Translations under genes and position numbers: made by a program | The notes under the pieces: generated by a model | The model's database searches: none | What the model saw: only the letters and a program-made list of their open reading frames with translations | Told to the model about the DNA's origin: nothing | Shown: positions 20,101-29,497 of the stretch, piece by piece | Layout: the number at the start of each line of letters is the position of its first letter | How positions within the stretch are numbered: the first letter of the stretch is position 1 | Assembly (NCBI GenBank): GCA_963847625.1 | Contig: CAWKAR010000049.1 | Coordinates: forward strand, 32,001-96,000 | Source: a candidate division FCPU426 bacterium | GTDB lineage: Bacteria > Oederibacteriota > Muellerivitia > Muellerivitales > Muellerivitaceae | Reading direction: 5' to 3' | DNA: 64,000 bases

Positions 20101-23100
20101 CGACAGTGTTCCAATTCAACACCACCGACACGTTGTCGGGCAGGAGGTTGACCGAGTTGAGGACCGGCGCCGCGGGGTAGGTCAACTGGGTGACCGGCCC
20201 CTCTGGGGAACCCGAGCCGAAGAAGTTGTTGGTTTCAAGCCAGTAGTAATAGGTGGTGTCGGGGCTCTCCCCCGTGACCGACCCGGCGTACAGGCCTTGG
20301 TCGTAATAGGACACGCTGGAGGCGGGGACAAGGTTGGCCCCGGTGGCTCCCGCCAGCTGGTTGGTGTTGTTGACCAGCAGGGAAACGCTGGAGGCGTTGG
20401 GCGCGGCCCCCGTGACGTTGTTCCAGGTCACGGAAATATCGTTGGAAGCGCTGATGGAAGAAATACCCAGGCCCGTGGGCGCCGGGGGAGCCAGCCCGCT
20501 GGTGACCGCCGCAGATAAAAGGCTTTCCCCTCCCAGGATGGTGACTCCGCTTCCCGCGTTGGTCGCCGTCACGTTGTAATAATAGGTGACTCCCTGTGCG
20601 GGGGTACTGTCGGCGTAGGAAGTGCCCGGGGAGGGCACGTTTGCGAGGAGCTGGGTGATGGGCACGGAGGGCAACTGGCTCCGGTAAACGGAATAATCGA
20701 ACACGTTTTCTGAGGCCGGGTTCGGGGCCCAACTCACCGTGATGGCGGTGGAGCCGGGGGAAACGGTCACGGGCGCGGGCGGGTTGGGGGGAATCTGCAG
20801 GCCCTTCATGGCCGGGGCGCCGGCGCCTGCGGGATTTTGTTCCCCCAGGAAATAGAAATAAGTCGTGCCGGCGGAAAGGCCCGGGTCCGTCAGGGACGTC
20901 ACCGGAACGCCGGCCGCCGTGACAGGAATGCCGATGGACACCTCGGTGGAGCCGACGGTGGTGGGGGCCGTGTTGCGGTAAAGGTTATAGGAGGTCACGT
21001 TGGCCAGGGTGGCGGAAGACCAGGTCAGGTCCACATTGCTGCGGATCGCCGGGTCGGCCACCACCGAAAAGCCCGACGGTGCTGGCGGCAGGAGGGTGGA
21101 GAAAACCACTGAGGAAGGAAGGCTTTCCCCTCCGGCGATGGTCACCCCTTTTCCCGGGTTGGTGGCGGTCAACTCGTAATAATAATTGGTTCCGGCCACG
21201 GCGCCGCCGTCGGCGAAGGAAGTTCCGGGGCTCGTCACCGTCGCCAGAACCGAGGTAAAGGGTCCGGCCGGGTTGGTGCTCCGGTAAATGGTGTAAATCA
21301 ACACGTTTTCCGAGGCCGGGTTCGCGGTCCAACTCACCGTGATGGTGGCCGCGGTGGAAGAGGCCCCGACCCCCGTCGGGGCGTTGGGGGGGATCATGAC
21401 CCCCACCGCGGGGGAAACCGTGCTGGGACCGCCCAAGTTCTGGGCCTGGGCATAGTAATACAGGATGTTTCCCGCCGCCGAGGGGCCCAGGGTCGCGTCC
21501 GTAAAGCTGTAGCCCGGCGCACCGGATGCCATGAGCGTTGCGCCCGCCCCGAATGTGGCGCTGGGGCTGCGGTAAAGGTTGTAACCCGTGATGTTGGTTT
21601 CGGGAGCGGACGGCACGGACCAGGTGAGGGTGACGGTGTCGGAAGCCGTGGCGGTCACCGCCAGGCCGGTGGGTGTGTGGGGTAACAGCGGCATGGTGAC
21701 CGGCAGTGATAAGGGGCCTTCCCCGCCGGCGTTGGACGCCGAGACCTGGTAAATATAGTTCACGCCCACGATCAGGCCGGTGGAGTCCGGGTAAGTGGTG
21801 GCCGAGGCCGTGGTGCCGACGGAAATGCCGTTTCGGTAAAGGGTGTAACCGGTCACTCCCTGGTTGTTAACCGAGTTCCAATTCAAGGTGATGGCCGCCG
21901 CTCCCGAGGATGCCGTCAAACCCGTGGGCGCCGCCGGCAGGATATAGCCCGTCACAGGGCTGGAGGGGTTGGATAGGGCGCCGTTGCTGTCAAAGGCGCT
22001 GACCTGGTAGACGTAATAATGGCCGATGGCCACGGAGGAATCGTCGTAAGTGGCGGGGGAAACCCCCACGGTGACATCCCTGCCGAAAACCCCATCGGGG
22101 GAGATTTGGACCTGGTAGCCCGTGACCGGCCCGTTGAGCATCAGGGTCGGGTCGGGGGCCGTCCAAGAAAGCCCGATGGTGGCCGGACTGACGCTCACCA
22201 GGGTCGTGAAGGCGCCCGTGGGCGGGTAACCCGGCGGGAATCCTTGGGCCTGGGAGGAAACGGCGCTGATGTGGGCTCCCGCCGGCCCGGAGGGATACTG
22301 GCTGTCGAGTGAAACCAGCTCGTAATAATTGAGGGAGGCCGCCACCGGCGCCGGGTCGTTATAGGTGGTGGTGGAACCCGCTAAGGTGGCCACCGTGACG
22401 GCGCCCGACATGGAAGAGGAAGTGGAACGCAGGACCAGCAAGCCCGTCACCGCGTAAGACCCGGACACAGATGCTGGGGCGCCCCAGTTCAATTGGACCG
22501 TTGTGCCGCCCGTCAAGGCGGTGACGGGCCCGGGCGCCGCCGGGTTGGCGAAGGCCGTCACGGGACCGAGGGAGCTGGTGGTGGACTCGGCCACCGTGTT
22601 GTAGGCGAGAATCTGGTAGGAATAGCCGGTGAGGTTTGTGACGGAGTCATTATAGCTAGTCTGGCTGATGGGTAACGTCACCGCGTTGGATAAAACCGTC
22701 CCGCTGGGCAGGGTCACGGAGCCCGTAAAGTCTCCCCCGGCCGGGGTCCGGATCATGACGTACCCCAGGGGGCTTTCGTTGGTGACCTGGCCCCAGGAAA
22801 GTGCGACCGCCCCGCCGCCGCCGACATAATTGGCCGGGAGCGCCGTGAATGAGCCTGGCGGGCTGGGCGCCGCGATGGAATAAACAAAGGTTTTCGAGGA
22901 ATCCATCGGGGCCGAGTTGCCGTACACGTTGAGGGCACTCACCATGCTCAGGGGCCAGGATCCGTCCTGGCCCGAGGCCGTGCCGACCAGAGTGACAGGA
23001 TAAGATTGGTTCGTCACAATGGGATTGCTGGAGGCATTGACGGTGATCGTTCCGGGGGTGGAACCGGAGGGGTTGACGATGACATCGGAGCCCAAGGGAT

Positions 23101-24406
23101 CCTTGGCCGAGCTGAAGCTCCAATTCGACACGCCCGAGCTGTTGGCGGGAACCAGGAAGGCCATCTGGGTCAAGGGGCTGTTGAACTGGTTGAGGAAGGT
23201 GTCCACCAGGGTGACCGGGCCCCCGTCCAGAACCGTGACGGGATAGGCCACGGAACCGGGGAATGTGATGACGGAGCGCACGGGTTGCACGTTAGAGGAG
23301 GAATAGGGAATATTGACGTAAGAAAGGTTCCCGAGAGTGTATGAGGCCCAGACTAGGTAAATCGGACCGGTGATGGTCGTAGGCTGCCCGGCGACGGTGG
23401 TAGGCGCCCAAGCCCTCAGGATGATCTGGCCGTTGGTCATGAAAGGCTGTAAAGCAGCCCCTGAAACCGAGCTGATTTGATTGGCGTTGATGCCCGGGTA
23501 ATTTGTCGCGATGACGTTGTTGATGAAGCCCTGATAGACCCTGTCATAGGTCAAATCAGGGTTGTTATAGTCCGTCAGCGGGCCGCTGGGTGCGTTGCCG
23601 TAATCCAAAATCACCTCGTAGGATACCGGAGCCGTGAAGGAGTTGTCTTGTTTGAACATATATAAATTAAATGACACGCCGGCTCCGCCCGCCGCGTAAC
23701 CGCCATTCACGCCGGTCACAGCGAAGCAAAGGGAGTTGGTGACGGAGTCGGAGACGGCGATCGTAACGGCAGTATTCCCTATGAGCAAACTGGCCGACGA
23801 GTCCAGCAAAAGGTCGGTGGGGCCGGGCGTGGGCAAGGGGGCGTAAACGGCCGCGACGGACGTGCCGCTGCTGGTTTCGAGGTAATAGGGTTGGAAATAT
23901 CCGCGCACCAGGTATCCCGGCCCCGAGGTGTTGCCGATGGCGCCCGGATAGGTGTTTCCCGAGATGATATTGGGGCCGCTGACGCTCACTTGCATGGAAT
24001 TGGAGCCGGCTGTCAGCGTTACCGAGAAATTCAGCACCCCGCTGACGAAAGACATGGGCGCCGTGCCGCCGGTGACAGGCGAGCCGCTGGAGGGAACGAA
24101 AACAGCCGAGGGATCGGCGGGAAGGCCGGTGGCCGTGTCATAGAGACCGACGACGACCGCGTCGGTAACCGCGGAGTCATTGGTCCCCACAGGATTTTGG
24201 GCCTGGATTCTGAAAGTCAAAACGTTTCCCGCGCCGCTCGTACTATAAGTCACGCCCGCGTAGGCCGAAGTGGGAGCGATAAAAGTGACTGAATAGCTGG
24301 CGGAATAGGCAGGACCGGGGGAAAGGAACAACCCAAGACCTGCTAAAACAAACAAAGGTGTAAAACTTAAATTTTTCAGGGGGTTTTTCGTTTTGGATTT
24401 TTCCAT
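17189..24406 (-). CDS. 2405-aa secreted multi-FN3 protein with FlgD-Ig/T9SS-type-A-like C-terminal domain
   Basis: Signal peptide, many P..PTGL...L.W...GY.IYR...Y.Y.V.A repeats, C-terminus IYNIAGRLIR...WDMKDKNGNVVASGIYLIEIK...KVAVVK. Confidence 0.88.
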   Translation of the reverse strand: MEKSKTKNPLKNLSFTPLFVLAGLGLFLSPGPAYSASYSVTFIAPTSAYAGVTYSTSGAGNVLTFRIQAQNPVGTNDSAVTDAVVVGLYDTATGLPADPSAVFVPSSGSPVTGGTAPMSFVSGVLNFSVTLTAGSNSMQVSVSGPNIISGNTYPGAIGNTSGPGYLVRGYFQPYYLETSSGTSVAAVYAPLPTPGPTDLLLDSSASLLIGNTAVTIAVSDSVTNSLCFAVTGVNGGYAAGGAGVSFNLYMFKQDNSFTAPVSYEVILDYGNAPSGPLTDYNNPDLTYDRVYQGFINNVIATNYPGINANQISSVSGAALQPFMTNGQIILRAWAPTTVAGQPTTITGPIYLVWASYTLGNLSYVNIPYSSSNVQPVRSVITFPGSVAYPVTVLDGGPVTLVDTFLNQFNSPLTQMAFLVPANSSGVSNWSFSSAKDPLGSDVIVNPSGSTPGTITVNASSNPIVTNQSYPVTLVGTASGQDGSWPLSMVSALNVYGNSAPMDSSKTFVYSIAAPSPPGSFTALPANYVGGGGAVALSWGQVTNESPLGYVMIRTPAGGDFTGSVTLPSGTVLSNAVTLPISQTSYNDSVTNLTGYSYQILAYNTVAESTTSSLGPVTAFANPAAPGPVTALTGGTTVQLNWGAPASVSGSYAVTGLLVLRSTSSSMSGAVTVATLAGSTTTYNDPAPVAASLNYYELVSLDSQYPSGPAGAHISAVSSQAQGFPPGYPPTGAFTTLVSVSPATIGLSWTAPDPTLMLNGPVTGYQVQISPDGVFGRDVTVGVSPATYDDSSVAIGHYYVYQVSAFDSNGALSNPSSPVTGYILPAAPTGLTASSGAAAITLNWNSVNNQGVTGYTLYRNGISVGTTASATTYPDSTGLIVGVNYIYQVSASNAGGEGPLSLPVTMPLLPHTPTGLAVTATASDTVTLTWSVPSAPETNITGYNLYRSPSATFGAGATLMASGAPGYSFTDATLGPSAAGNILYYYAQAQNLGGPSTVSPAVGVMIPPNAPTGVGASSTAATITVSWTANPASENVLIYTIYRSTNPAGPFTSVLATVTSPGTSFADGGAVAGTNYYYELTATNPGKGVTIAGGESLPSSVVFSTLLPPAPSGFSVVADPAIRSNVDLTWSSATLANVTSYNLYRNTAPTTVGSTEVSIGIPVTAAGVPVTSLTDPGLSAGTTYFYFLGEQNPAGAGAPAMKGLQIPPNPPAPVTVSPGSTAITVSWAPNPASENVFDYSVYRSQLPSVPITQLLANVPSPGTSYADSTPAQGVTYYYNVTATNAGSGVTILGGESLLSAAVTSGLAPPAPTGLGISSISASNDISVTWNNVTGAAPNASSVSLLVNNTNQLAGATGANLVPASSVSYYDQGLYAGSVTGESPDTTYYYWLETNNFFGSGSPEGPVTQLTYPAAPVLNSVNLLPDNVSVVLNWNTVGAGDVAKYNIYRQLNYNQSVSIQAVPVTAGFAMPVTFQWPVQFGQTYSFQISATNPTGEGPASNSITILIGPSSPASLLAQSGVSPTQAAVSLTWAANPAIQAITGYNIYRANGPITGSGPATAAYTPITSVPSTSTTFVDTTAADGTAYYYLVEAELGGLMSPLNTALAAPVTAFRQPNPPVFLAATAGNNQVALSWTAPAATTYPVSGYDVFRSNSVTLTGAPLTFLPYTAAAYTDNAVTNGTTYTYALQTVDVQGNLSAQTAPVSAQPLVQPGAPVSVALYAGDQEVQITWLPGSPGTLPIGAYQIYRTAVGSGVTILVATVNSTITGFVDMGLADLTTYTYWLVSEDTSGIVSGLHISANSALVTGMPSTGNINPPSSLSAQGQNALVAVTWLDPVVGAPVTGYQLYRSTSQFTGYTLLATVPTGGTYTDAPVTNGTKYYYYLVSVDNVGGLCHSASATVFTTAARPPNAPTGLRESDGDNAVTLHWLTNGPLDTVNVNQYVITRNAGPLTAVSSSVTAANVPVTYVDSPAADGSTFVYLVYAVNANSVTSLGPSAPVTGYPFALSPPAVTSASSNTEVTLSWSAPATSSFTVTGYAIYRRNSSGTYNPASPLTVVGSGVSSLIDSTVALGQLYGYEVEALDAVGHEGPPSTEILDGASNPPPAPTGLTPLPGDEQILIDWAPAAPPSGGSLPVSEYQVVISSGGTPTTVLTAQTWWLVPSTNGVSVTFTVTAIDETGQALPGVHESVAVTVTAASSQNNLNPPTNLAAKGTGTNTIQLTWTPANDLGRIVTGYAIYRTNSFGATLTTPVTTLYNTAFAPVTVFNNTGLSVGVTYFYVARAVYSVPVGTSSNSNHAYATTLKPPPTVVTVKSGQMVFDANLVRPLLGQTLGISYEVPSSGSVELNIYNIAGRLIRSLSVPPATAGTAEKTSWDMKDKNGNVVASGIYLIEIKSGLFHQILKVAVVK

Positions 24407-24529
24407 GTTATCTTAAGAATAACCCGATTATTGAGGCTAATCAAGGAATGCGTTTTAACTTTAAACCTTAAAAACAATGACTCCTTCTGATTCTGCAAAT
24501 AGAAATTTTTTAAGCTGGAATTTTGTTTA

Positions 24530-24645
24530 GCTGTCATTGAGGAATGCCCCGCGAATAGCGGGGTGCTTATGACAGGCTTGAAGTAGTTGGCCTTTATTTC
24601 AGGCCAACCATACATGGCCCCAAGGGCCAACGTACAACCCCAGTT
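24530..24645 (-). repeat. ~117-nt structured dispersed element, copy 2
   Basis: Reverse complement aligns to 3805-3921. Confidence 0.9.
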
Positions 24646-24705
24646 ATAAAAAATTTTATGGATGATCGGCGTAATGACAAATCAAAAAAACGCCAAAACC
24701 AAACT

Positions 24706-25839
24706 TTACCAGGTATCCCGGACGCTATTCACGATGGTCTGGTCATTCCAGACGATCTGCGGGGTGGCGCCTTGGGCCACCAAAAGCGAGCGAAGCATCA
24801 CCTCCATCCCAGCGCTTGTCCCGGAGATGCCCACCTCAAATCCACCGGGGAAATTGCCGTTGGCTATGGCGAACTGCGGAACCGTGGCCGGGGCCCGGTT
24901 CCAGCCCGCGCTGTTGGGGCTGATGCCGTAAAAAAAACCGGTGCTGAGGATGCCTGAAGAAACGCGGGTCAACGCGGTCACCGGGCCCTCCGATAGGGTC
25001 GTCATGGGATTCACCAGTACGGCTCCATTGACAGTGCTTAAAGTGAAAAATGCCTGGTTCGGATCCTGCTGGGTGGGATCCCAGGCGAAGTTTATCGCGT
25101 AATTGGTGTCCTGCGGCGCGACATCCCCTTTCGTCGTCAGCCATTTAATGACATTTGTAAACAACGTAAAATCAACCAAGCTGAGATCATATAGCTCATT
25201 GTAATCGGCGTATTGGGTGCTTTGCCATTCCACCAGCCGGTAAGCGGGGGTGTTTCGCAGGGTTTTGGGGTTGGCAGGGGTCAGGTAATAGTAATAAATC
25301 CGGTAAAGGTCGATGTATTCATTTACTGACACGCCGTCTTTATTAAGGACGGTGACGTTGGCATTCGTTGCTACCGTGGCCGGCGCGGGATAGACATAGA
25401 TGCCGATGGTCTGGTTGGAATCGTAAACCCCCATCAGAACGCTGTTGCCGAAATTCGCCGCGACCGCGGTGACGGGCGAGAAAGAGCCGGTGCCCGTGAT
25501 GGGCTGCGTCAGGGCAAGTTGGGTCCCCTGCAGGATGGGATAGTTGCTCTTGGTGCTGGCCGACATGGCTTGGGTGACGGGGCCTAAAAAGGATATGCCC
25601 GAAGTATCGCTTTGGAACATATGGCGGCTGGCCACGCACCTCTCATGGAGGCGAAGCAATGTCTGTTCGTTCAGGGTTTGAAGCTGGAGGTGCATTTCAT
25701 CGGCGGCCATGCCCTGGGAGACCTTGAGAAAGAACATGGTCATGACGGGGGTGATGATGGCGATCAGGGCTACCACGAACATCAACTCCACGAGGGTCCA
25801 CCCTTTTTCATCCAGCGGGCGGGTGATCTTATTTTTCAT
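24706..25839 (-). CDS. Type IV pilin-like protein (PilW-like minor pilin)
   Basis: Class III signal KG/WTLVELMFVVALIAII with Glu at +5. Confidence 0.85.
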   Translation of the reverse strand: MKNKITRPLDEKGWTLVELMFVVALIAIITPVMTMFFLKVSQGMAADEMHLQLQTLNEQTLLRLHERCVASRHMFQSDTSGISFLGPVTQAMSASTKSNYPILQGTQLALTQPITGTGSFSPVTAVAANFGNSVLMGVYDSNQTIGIYVYPAPATVATNANVTVLNKDGVSVNEYIDLYRIYYYYLTPANPKTLRNTPAYRLVEWQSTQYADYNELYDLSLVDFTLFTNVIKWLTTKGDVAPQDTNYAINFAWDPTQQDPNQAFFTLSTVNGAVLVNPMTTLSEGPVTALTRVSSGILSTGFFYGISPNSAGWNRAPATVPQFAIANGNFPGGFEVGISGTSAGMEVMLRSLLVAQGATPQIVWNDQTIVNSVRDTW

Positions 25840-25845
25840 GGTGGC

Positions 25846-28800
25846 TTAACGACTGATGGAAAGATCGAGCTTGTGATAGCTGTAGTTCAGGGGGTAAGAA
25901 TGCCGGAAGGCTTCAACCATGACGGTATAATCCCCTTGAGGGAAGCCTGAAGAGGGGACAGCCCACGCGTAGCTATAAGGAAACGTATTGGTTTGGATCA
26001 AGTGGTTTGGGCTGGTGTCCAACACACCCATTACAGCCGATGAATTATCCTGTACAAAATACCAATCCATCTCCGAGTCATTGCTGTAAAGTAAATTAAT
26101 ATCCAGGGTGAGGGGGTTGCCATTGCTGTCCTTTTCCACATAGGTGCTGTTATTGAGGTTGGGATAACCCGGATATTCCTCCGTATAAAAATTGGCGTTG
26201 TTCCCGGTATTTCCGGGGTAACGGTACCAGATATTGTCGGTGGGCCCGTTGATAATCGTAACGCCACTTACAATTTTAGGGGTCGTCGTGGTGACGGCGC
26301 CGTCCACCACCAGGTTGATGGTGCTGGGCTGGGAATACTGCTCATTGGGGCTGTCGCAGTAAAGCGCCACCAAAGGCATCTGGGTGATATGGGCGGTGCC
26401 GGTATAGTTTCCACCGTCCAGGAAAGTCCTGAGCATGAAAACCAAGGCGGTTTTTCCCAGTTGGGCGGTTCCAACATCGGGGGAGATGGCCAGGCCGGAT
26501 TCCACAACATAGGCCACATTTCCGCTTTTATCGGTTATTTGAACCACCCCCGTTCCGTTGTAAGTGGCGGAACTGGTGTCATCGTAAAAATAGCGGGAGA
26601 GGCCGCCCACCTGTGGAACAGTAAGGGTGGTGCGCAACGTAGTACCATAAGGGGCGGTGCTCCACTCAGTGGTCGTCTGGGTGGTATTGATAGCCCAGGA
26701 CCTGGTGCAACTGACCGACTGGGCCAGGGGATATGCGAAAATGGAGTAGCAAGTGACACCCAAGCCCAGAAGGGTGGCGGAATCGGCGTTGCTTTGATGG
26801 TTGAAGGTGCTGTCGAAAAAGGAGGTACAGCCGTACTGCCACGCCCTGCTGGTTAAATTCCGCCCGAAACCGTTGCAGGAGGTCGTCGTCCCGGCCGTGT
26901 TGACCACGGGTACCGAACCGTAGAGCTTGCGGTAGAAGGTTGAGTTGGAGATGTTTGCCCCTGCCACCGGAAGGTTGCCGGTGCTGGACCAGGTGGAATA
27001 CATACTGTCGGGATAAAGCTCGCCCAGCCAGGACTTTTCATACCAGGTATCGTTGGTATTGGAAATCACGCGCATGTAACTGACGGGATCATTGTAGGGG
27101 ATAATTTCAGCCGCTCCGGTCAAATTGGTGGTGGAGGTTGTCAGGTAGGGTGTTTGATTCAAGGTGACTCCCCCCTGGAAAGGCTGTTGGTCGGCGCCGA
27201 ATTCCCCCCCAAACCCGTAATAGTAGTAACTGTACCCGTTCATCGTGGTCCAGATGGCAGTGCAGTTCAAAAGGCCCTGGCGGATCATTTGGTAAAAGCG
27301 GGGGGCATCGATGAAATTGGAGTCCGCTGGCGGGGTGCCTCCGGATGAGGCTGCCCCTTCCCATCCGATAAAATCACCCGCCGCTCCGAAACCCGTATAA
27401 CCATCATGGTTCATGCCGACATATGTGCCGGTGGCAGCGCCATCCTTGAACCACCAGTTATAGCCATTGGGGCCGATGACGGCACCCGCGGTGGCATCCG
27501 CGGCCCCCTGCCATCCCTCCTTGACATCCTCGTAAGGGCAGTGGCGGGGGTCCCCCAGGAACTGATACCTTTCGGTATAGGGCGGCGGGTAAGCGTCGCC
27601 GCACCAAACCCAGGTCCTGGAAAGGTTGGGGCTGTTGTTGACCGGAAATCCGGAGGTTGTACTGGTGCCGAAGCGAGTCTCCAGGGTATGCACACCGGGC
27701 GGAAGGTTGATCATGAGGAGCCAGCGCGTTGTGTTCTTAGGCCCGTTGCCCGTGGTGCCGCCTATATCGTCCCAAGGGTTCCCTCCCGTCTCTATAGGGC
27801 AAGGGATATACTCGGCGCCGTAAAGCCGGGCGGTGGATGCCAAGCCGGTAGTGGATGTGGTGTGCATGGGGCAGCGGTAAGGGGTATTGTAAAAAATAAT
27901 CTCGGTCCCGATTTGGGTCCCGGTTGAGGGAACTGGGACAACATTGTAATAAGAGGTAGCTGGATAAGGAGCCCCAAAGGAAAAGGGCGTGTTTAAGGCA
28001 ACAGCTTGGGAACTGTAAGCGGTGCTGCTGTTTCCGGTTCGGGCGTTCACACTGATGTTGGTGGCTTTAATCACCTCGGGGATGTATACATTCATGACAG
28101 GCACGAGCGCCCCCGCGCCGTCCGGATAGGTGGCGTCCAAATTGGCATTCATATTTTCCAGGCCGTCGATATAAGAATAAACCCGGAAATGGACCTGCGT
28201 GGTATTCGTCGCCCCGGAGAAGGGATAATAAAGGTTCTCCGGATGGGTCACCACACGGTAACACGGCTCGCCGGAGCCGCTGGTATTGGCCGGGTCCTTG
28301 GCGGCGTCCGAGTAGTTGCGCATGGGGGGGATGGGCAGCAACTCGCCGTGCAGGTTGACGATGAGGGCGTTCTCGAAGGACGCGGGAGTGGAAAGCATGC
28401 CCTCGATCAGCATGCGCTCGCTGATCTCGGTGATCGGATAGCCTGAATATAAGGGCATGGTCAAATTGTTTGCCGCCGCTGTGACGGCTTGGTACATGGT
28501 CAGCTCGTCCGGGTAGCGCATGGAATTGTTATCCTTATCCGCGACCGCGTAGTTGGGACAGCCGGTGAATATGGCGTTGGTATAGTGGACAGTTCCGTCC
28601 AAGTTGAAATTGCCGTCCGCTGGAGCGCCGAAAGTAACGTCTGAGGAGAAAAATTGCGTCACCCCGCCGCCATCCGCCGTGTCCATGGGCGTCGTTCCGG
28701 GGTAAAAATAAATATAGGGGAGGATGCCCCCCATGGTGGCCGAAGCCGTGCTTTGGTAGAAATTGAGGTAAGGGATATATTGTTGGTCCCGCCCGTAGGA

Positions 28801-29472
28801 GGAACGCGTGATGTAATGGGGCCGGATGAGAAGCCCCGGGTCCCTTGTTTGAATATCATCAATGATGCCGCGGAAAGTTGAAAAAAGGGCCGGTTCCTGG
28901 GTCCACCAGGCCGGGGTATTATTGATGGCCAGCACGTAGACATCCATCACCTGGGACGGGTATTGTTGATTGACGATCGTCCTTAATTGGCCGCCCACCT
29001 GCGCCAGCAGGTCCCCGGGCGCCCCGGGGTTCTGGTCCGACGCGTATTTCCAGATATTCACAAAGACCATGCGCGCGTTGGGGTCGTCGGCCACGTGGTT
29101 GACCTCGATCTGGCGCAGGTAGCGCCAGTTGCCGTTGGAGAGGCGGTTTCCGCTCAAGGGATTGCCGGGGTCGACGTTGGAAAGGCCCGTATCCACGTTT
29201 TTGTCGGTGGTCAGGACATTGTTGTAGAGGGACCCGTCGGTGTATCTGTCGAGTATATTGATATTTGTTTCCTTGCCGCTGACCAGGGACTTGAGTTCCT
29301 CGAACATCTGGATGGCTTTTTGCGTGGCGTAAGATCTGTCACTGGTCTTGACGGTCTGCTTGGCCATGTAGGAACGGGCCAAGATGACCGAGGAGGCCAC
29401 AGACCCCAAGATGGCCACGGCGATCAGAAGCTCGACCAGCGTGTAGCCTTTTTGATCCAGAGTTTTTTTCAT
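25846..29472 (-). CDS. Giant (1208-aa) type IV pilin-like protein
   Basis: Class III signal KG/YTLVELLIAVAILG followed by a very large extracellular-type region rich in T, G, N and Y. Confidence 0.85.
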   Translation of the reverse strand: MKKTLDQKGYTLVELLIAVAILGSVASSVILARSYMAKQTVKTSDRSYATQKAIQMFEELKSLVSGKETNINILDRYTDGSLYNNVLTTDKNVDTGLSNVDPGNPLSGNRLSNGNWRYLRQIEVNHVADDPNARMVFVNIWKYASDQNPGAPGDLLAQVGGQLRTIVNQQYPSQVMDVYVLAINNTPAWWTQEPALFSTFRGIIDDIQTRDPGLLIRPHYITRSSYGRDQQYIPYLNFYQSTASATMGGILPYIYFYPGTTPMDTADGGGVTQFFSSDVTFGAPADGNFNLDGTVHYTNAIFTGCPNYAVADKDNNSMRYPDELTMYQAVTAAANNLTMPLYSGYPITEISERMLIEGMLSTPASFENALIVNLHGELLPIPPMRNYSDAAKDPANTSGSGEPCYRVVTHPENLYYPFSGATNTTQVHFRVYSYIDGLENMNANLDATYPDGAGALVPVMNVYIPEVIKATNISVNARTGNSSTAYSSQAVALNTPFSFGAPYPATSYYNVVPVPSTGTQIGTEIIFYNTPYRCPMHTTSTTGLASTARLYGAEYIPCPIETGGNPWDDIGGTTGNGPKNTTRWLLMINLPPGVHTLETRFGTSTTSGFPVNNSPNLSRTWVWCGDAYPPPYTERYQFLGDPRHCPYEDVKEGWQGAADATAGAVIGPNGYNWWFKDGAATGTYVGMNHDGYTGFGAAGDFIGWEGAASSGGTPPADSNFIDAPRFYQMIRQGLLNCTAIWTTMNGYSYYYYGFGGEFGADQQPFQGGVTLNQTPYLTTSTTNLTGAAEIIPYNDPVSYMRVISNTNDTWYEKSWLGELYPDSMYSTWSSTGNLPVAGANISNSTFYRKLYGSVPVVNTAGTTTSCNGFGRNLTSRAWQYGCTSFFDSTFNHQSNADSATLLGLGVTCYSIFAYPLAQSVSCTRSWAINTTQTTTEWSTAPYGTTLRTTLTVPQVGGLSRYFYDDTSSATYNGTGVVQITDKSGNVAYVVESGLAISPDVGTAQLGKTALVFMLRTFLDGGNYTGTAHITQMPLVALYCDSPNEQYSQPSTINLVVDGAVTTTTPKIVSGVTIINGPTDNIWYRYPGNTGNNANFYTEEYPGYPNLNNSTYVEKDSNGNPLTLDINLLYSNDSEMDWYFVQDNSSAVMGVLDTSPNHLIQTNTFPYSYAWAVPSSGFPQGDYTVMVEAFRHSYPLNYSYHKLDLSISR

Positions 29473-29497
29473 CTGTTTTTCCCCAAGCCATCCCCGC

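Noticed and set aside
3805..24645. Tn3-like transposon bounded by GGGG-starting inverted repeats
   Set aside because: No transposase or resolvase inside, no direct target duplication, and similarity extends outside the GGGG.
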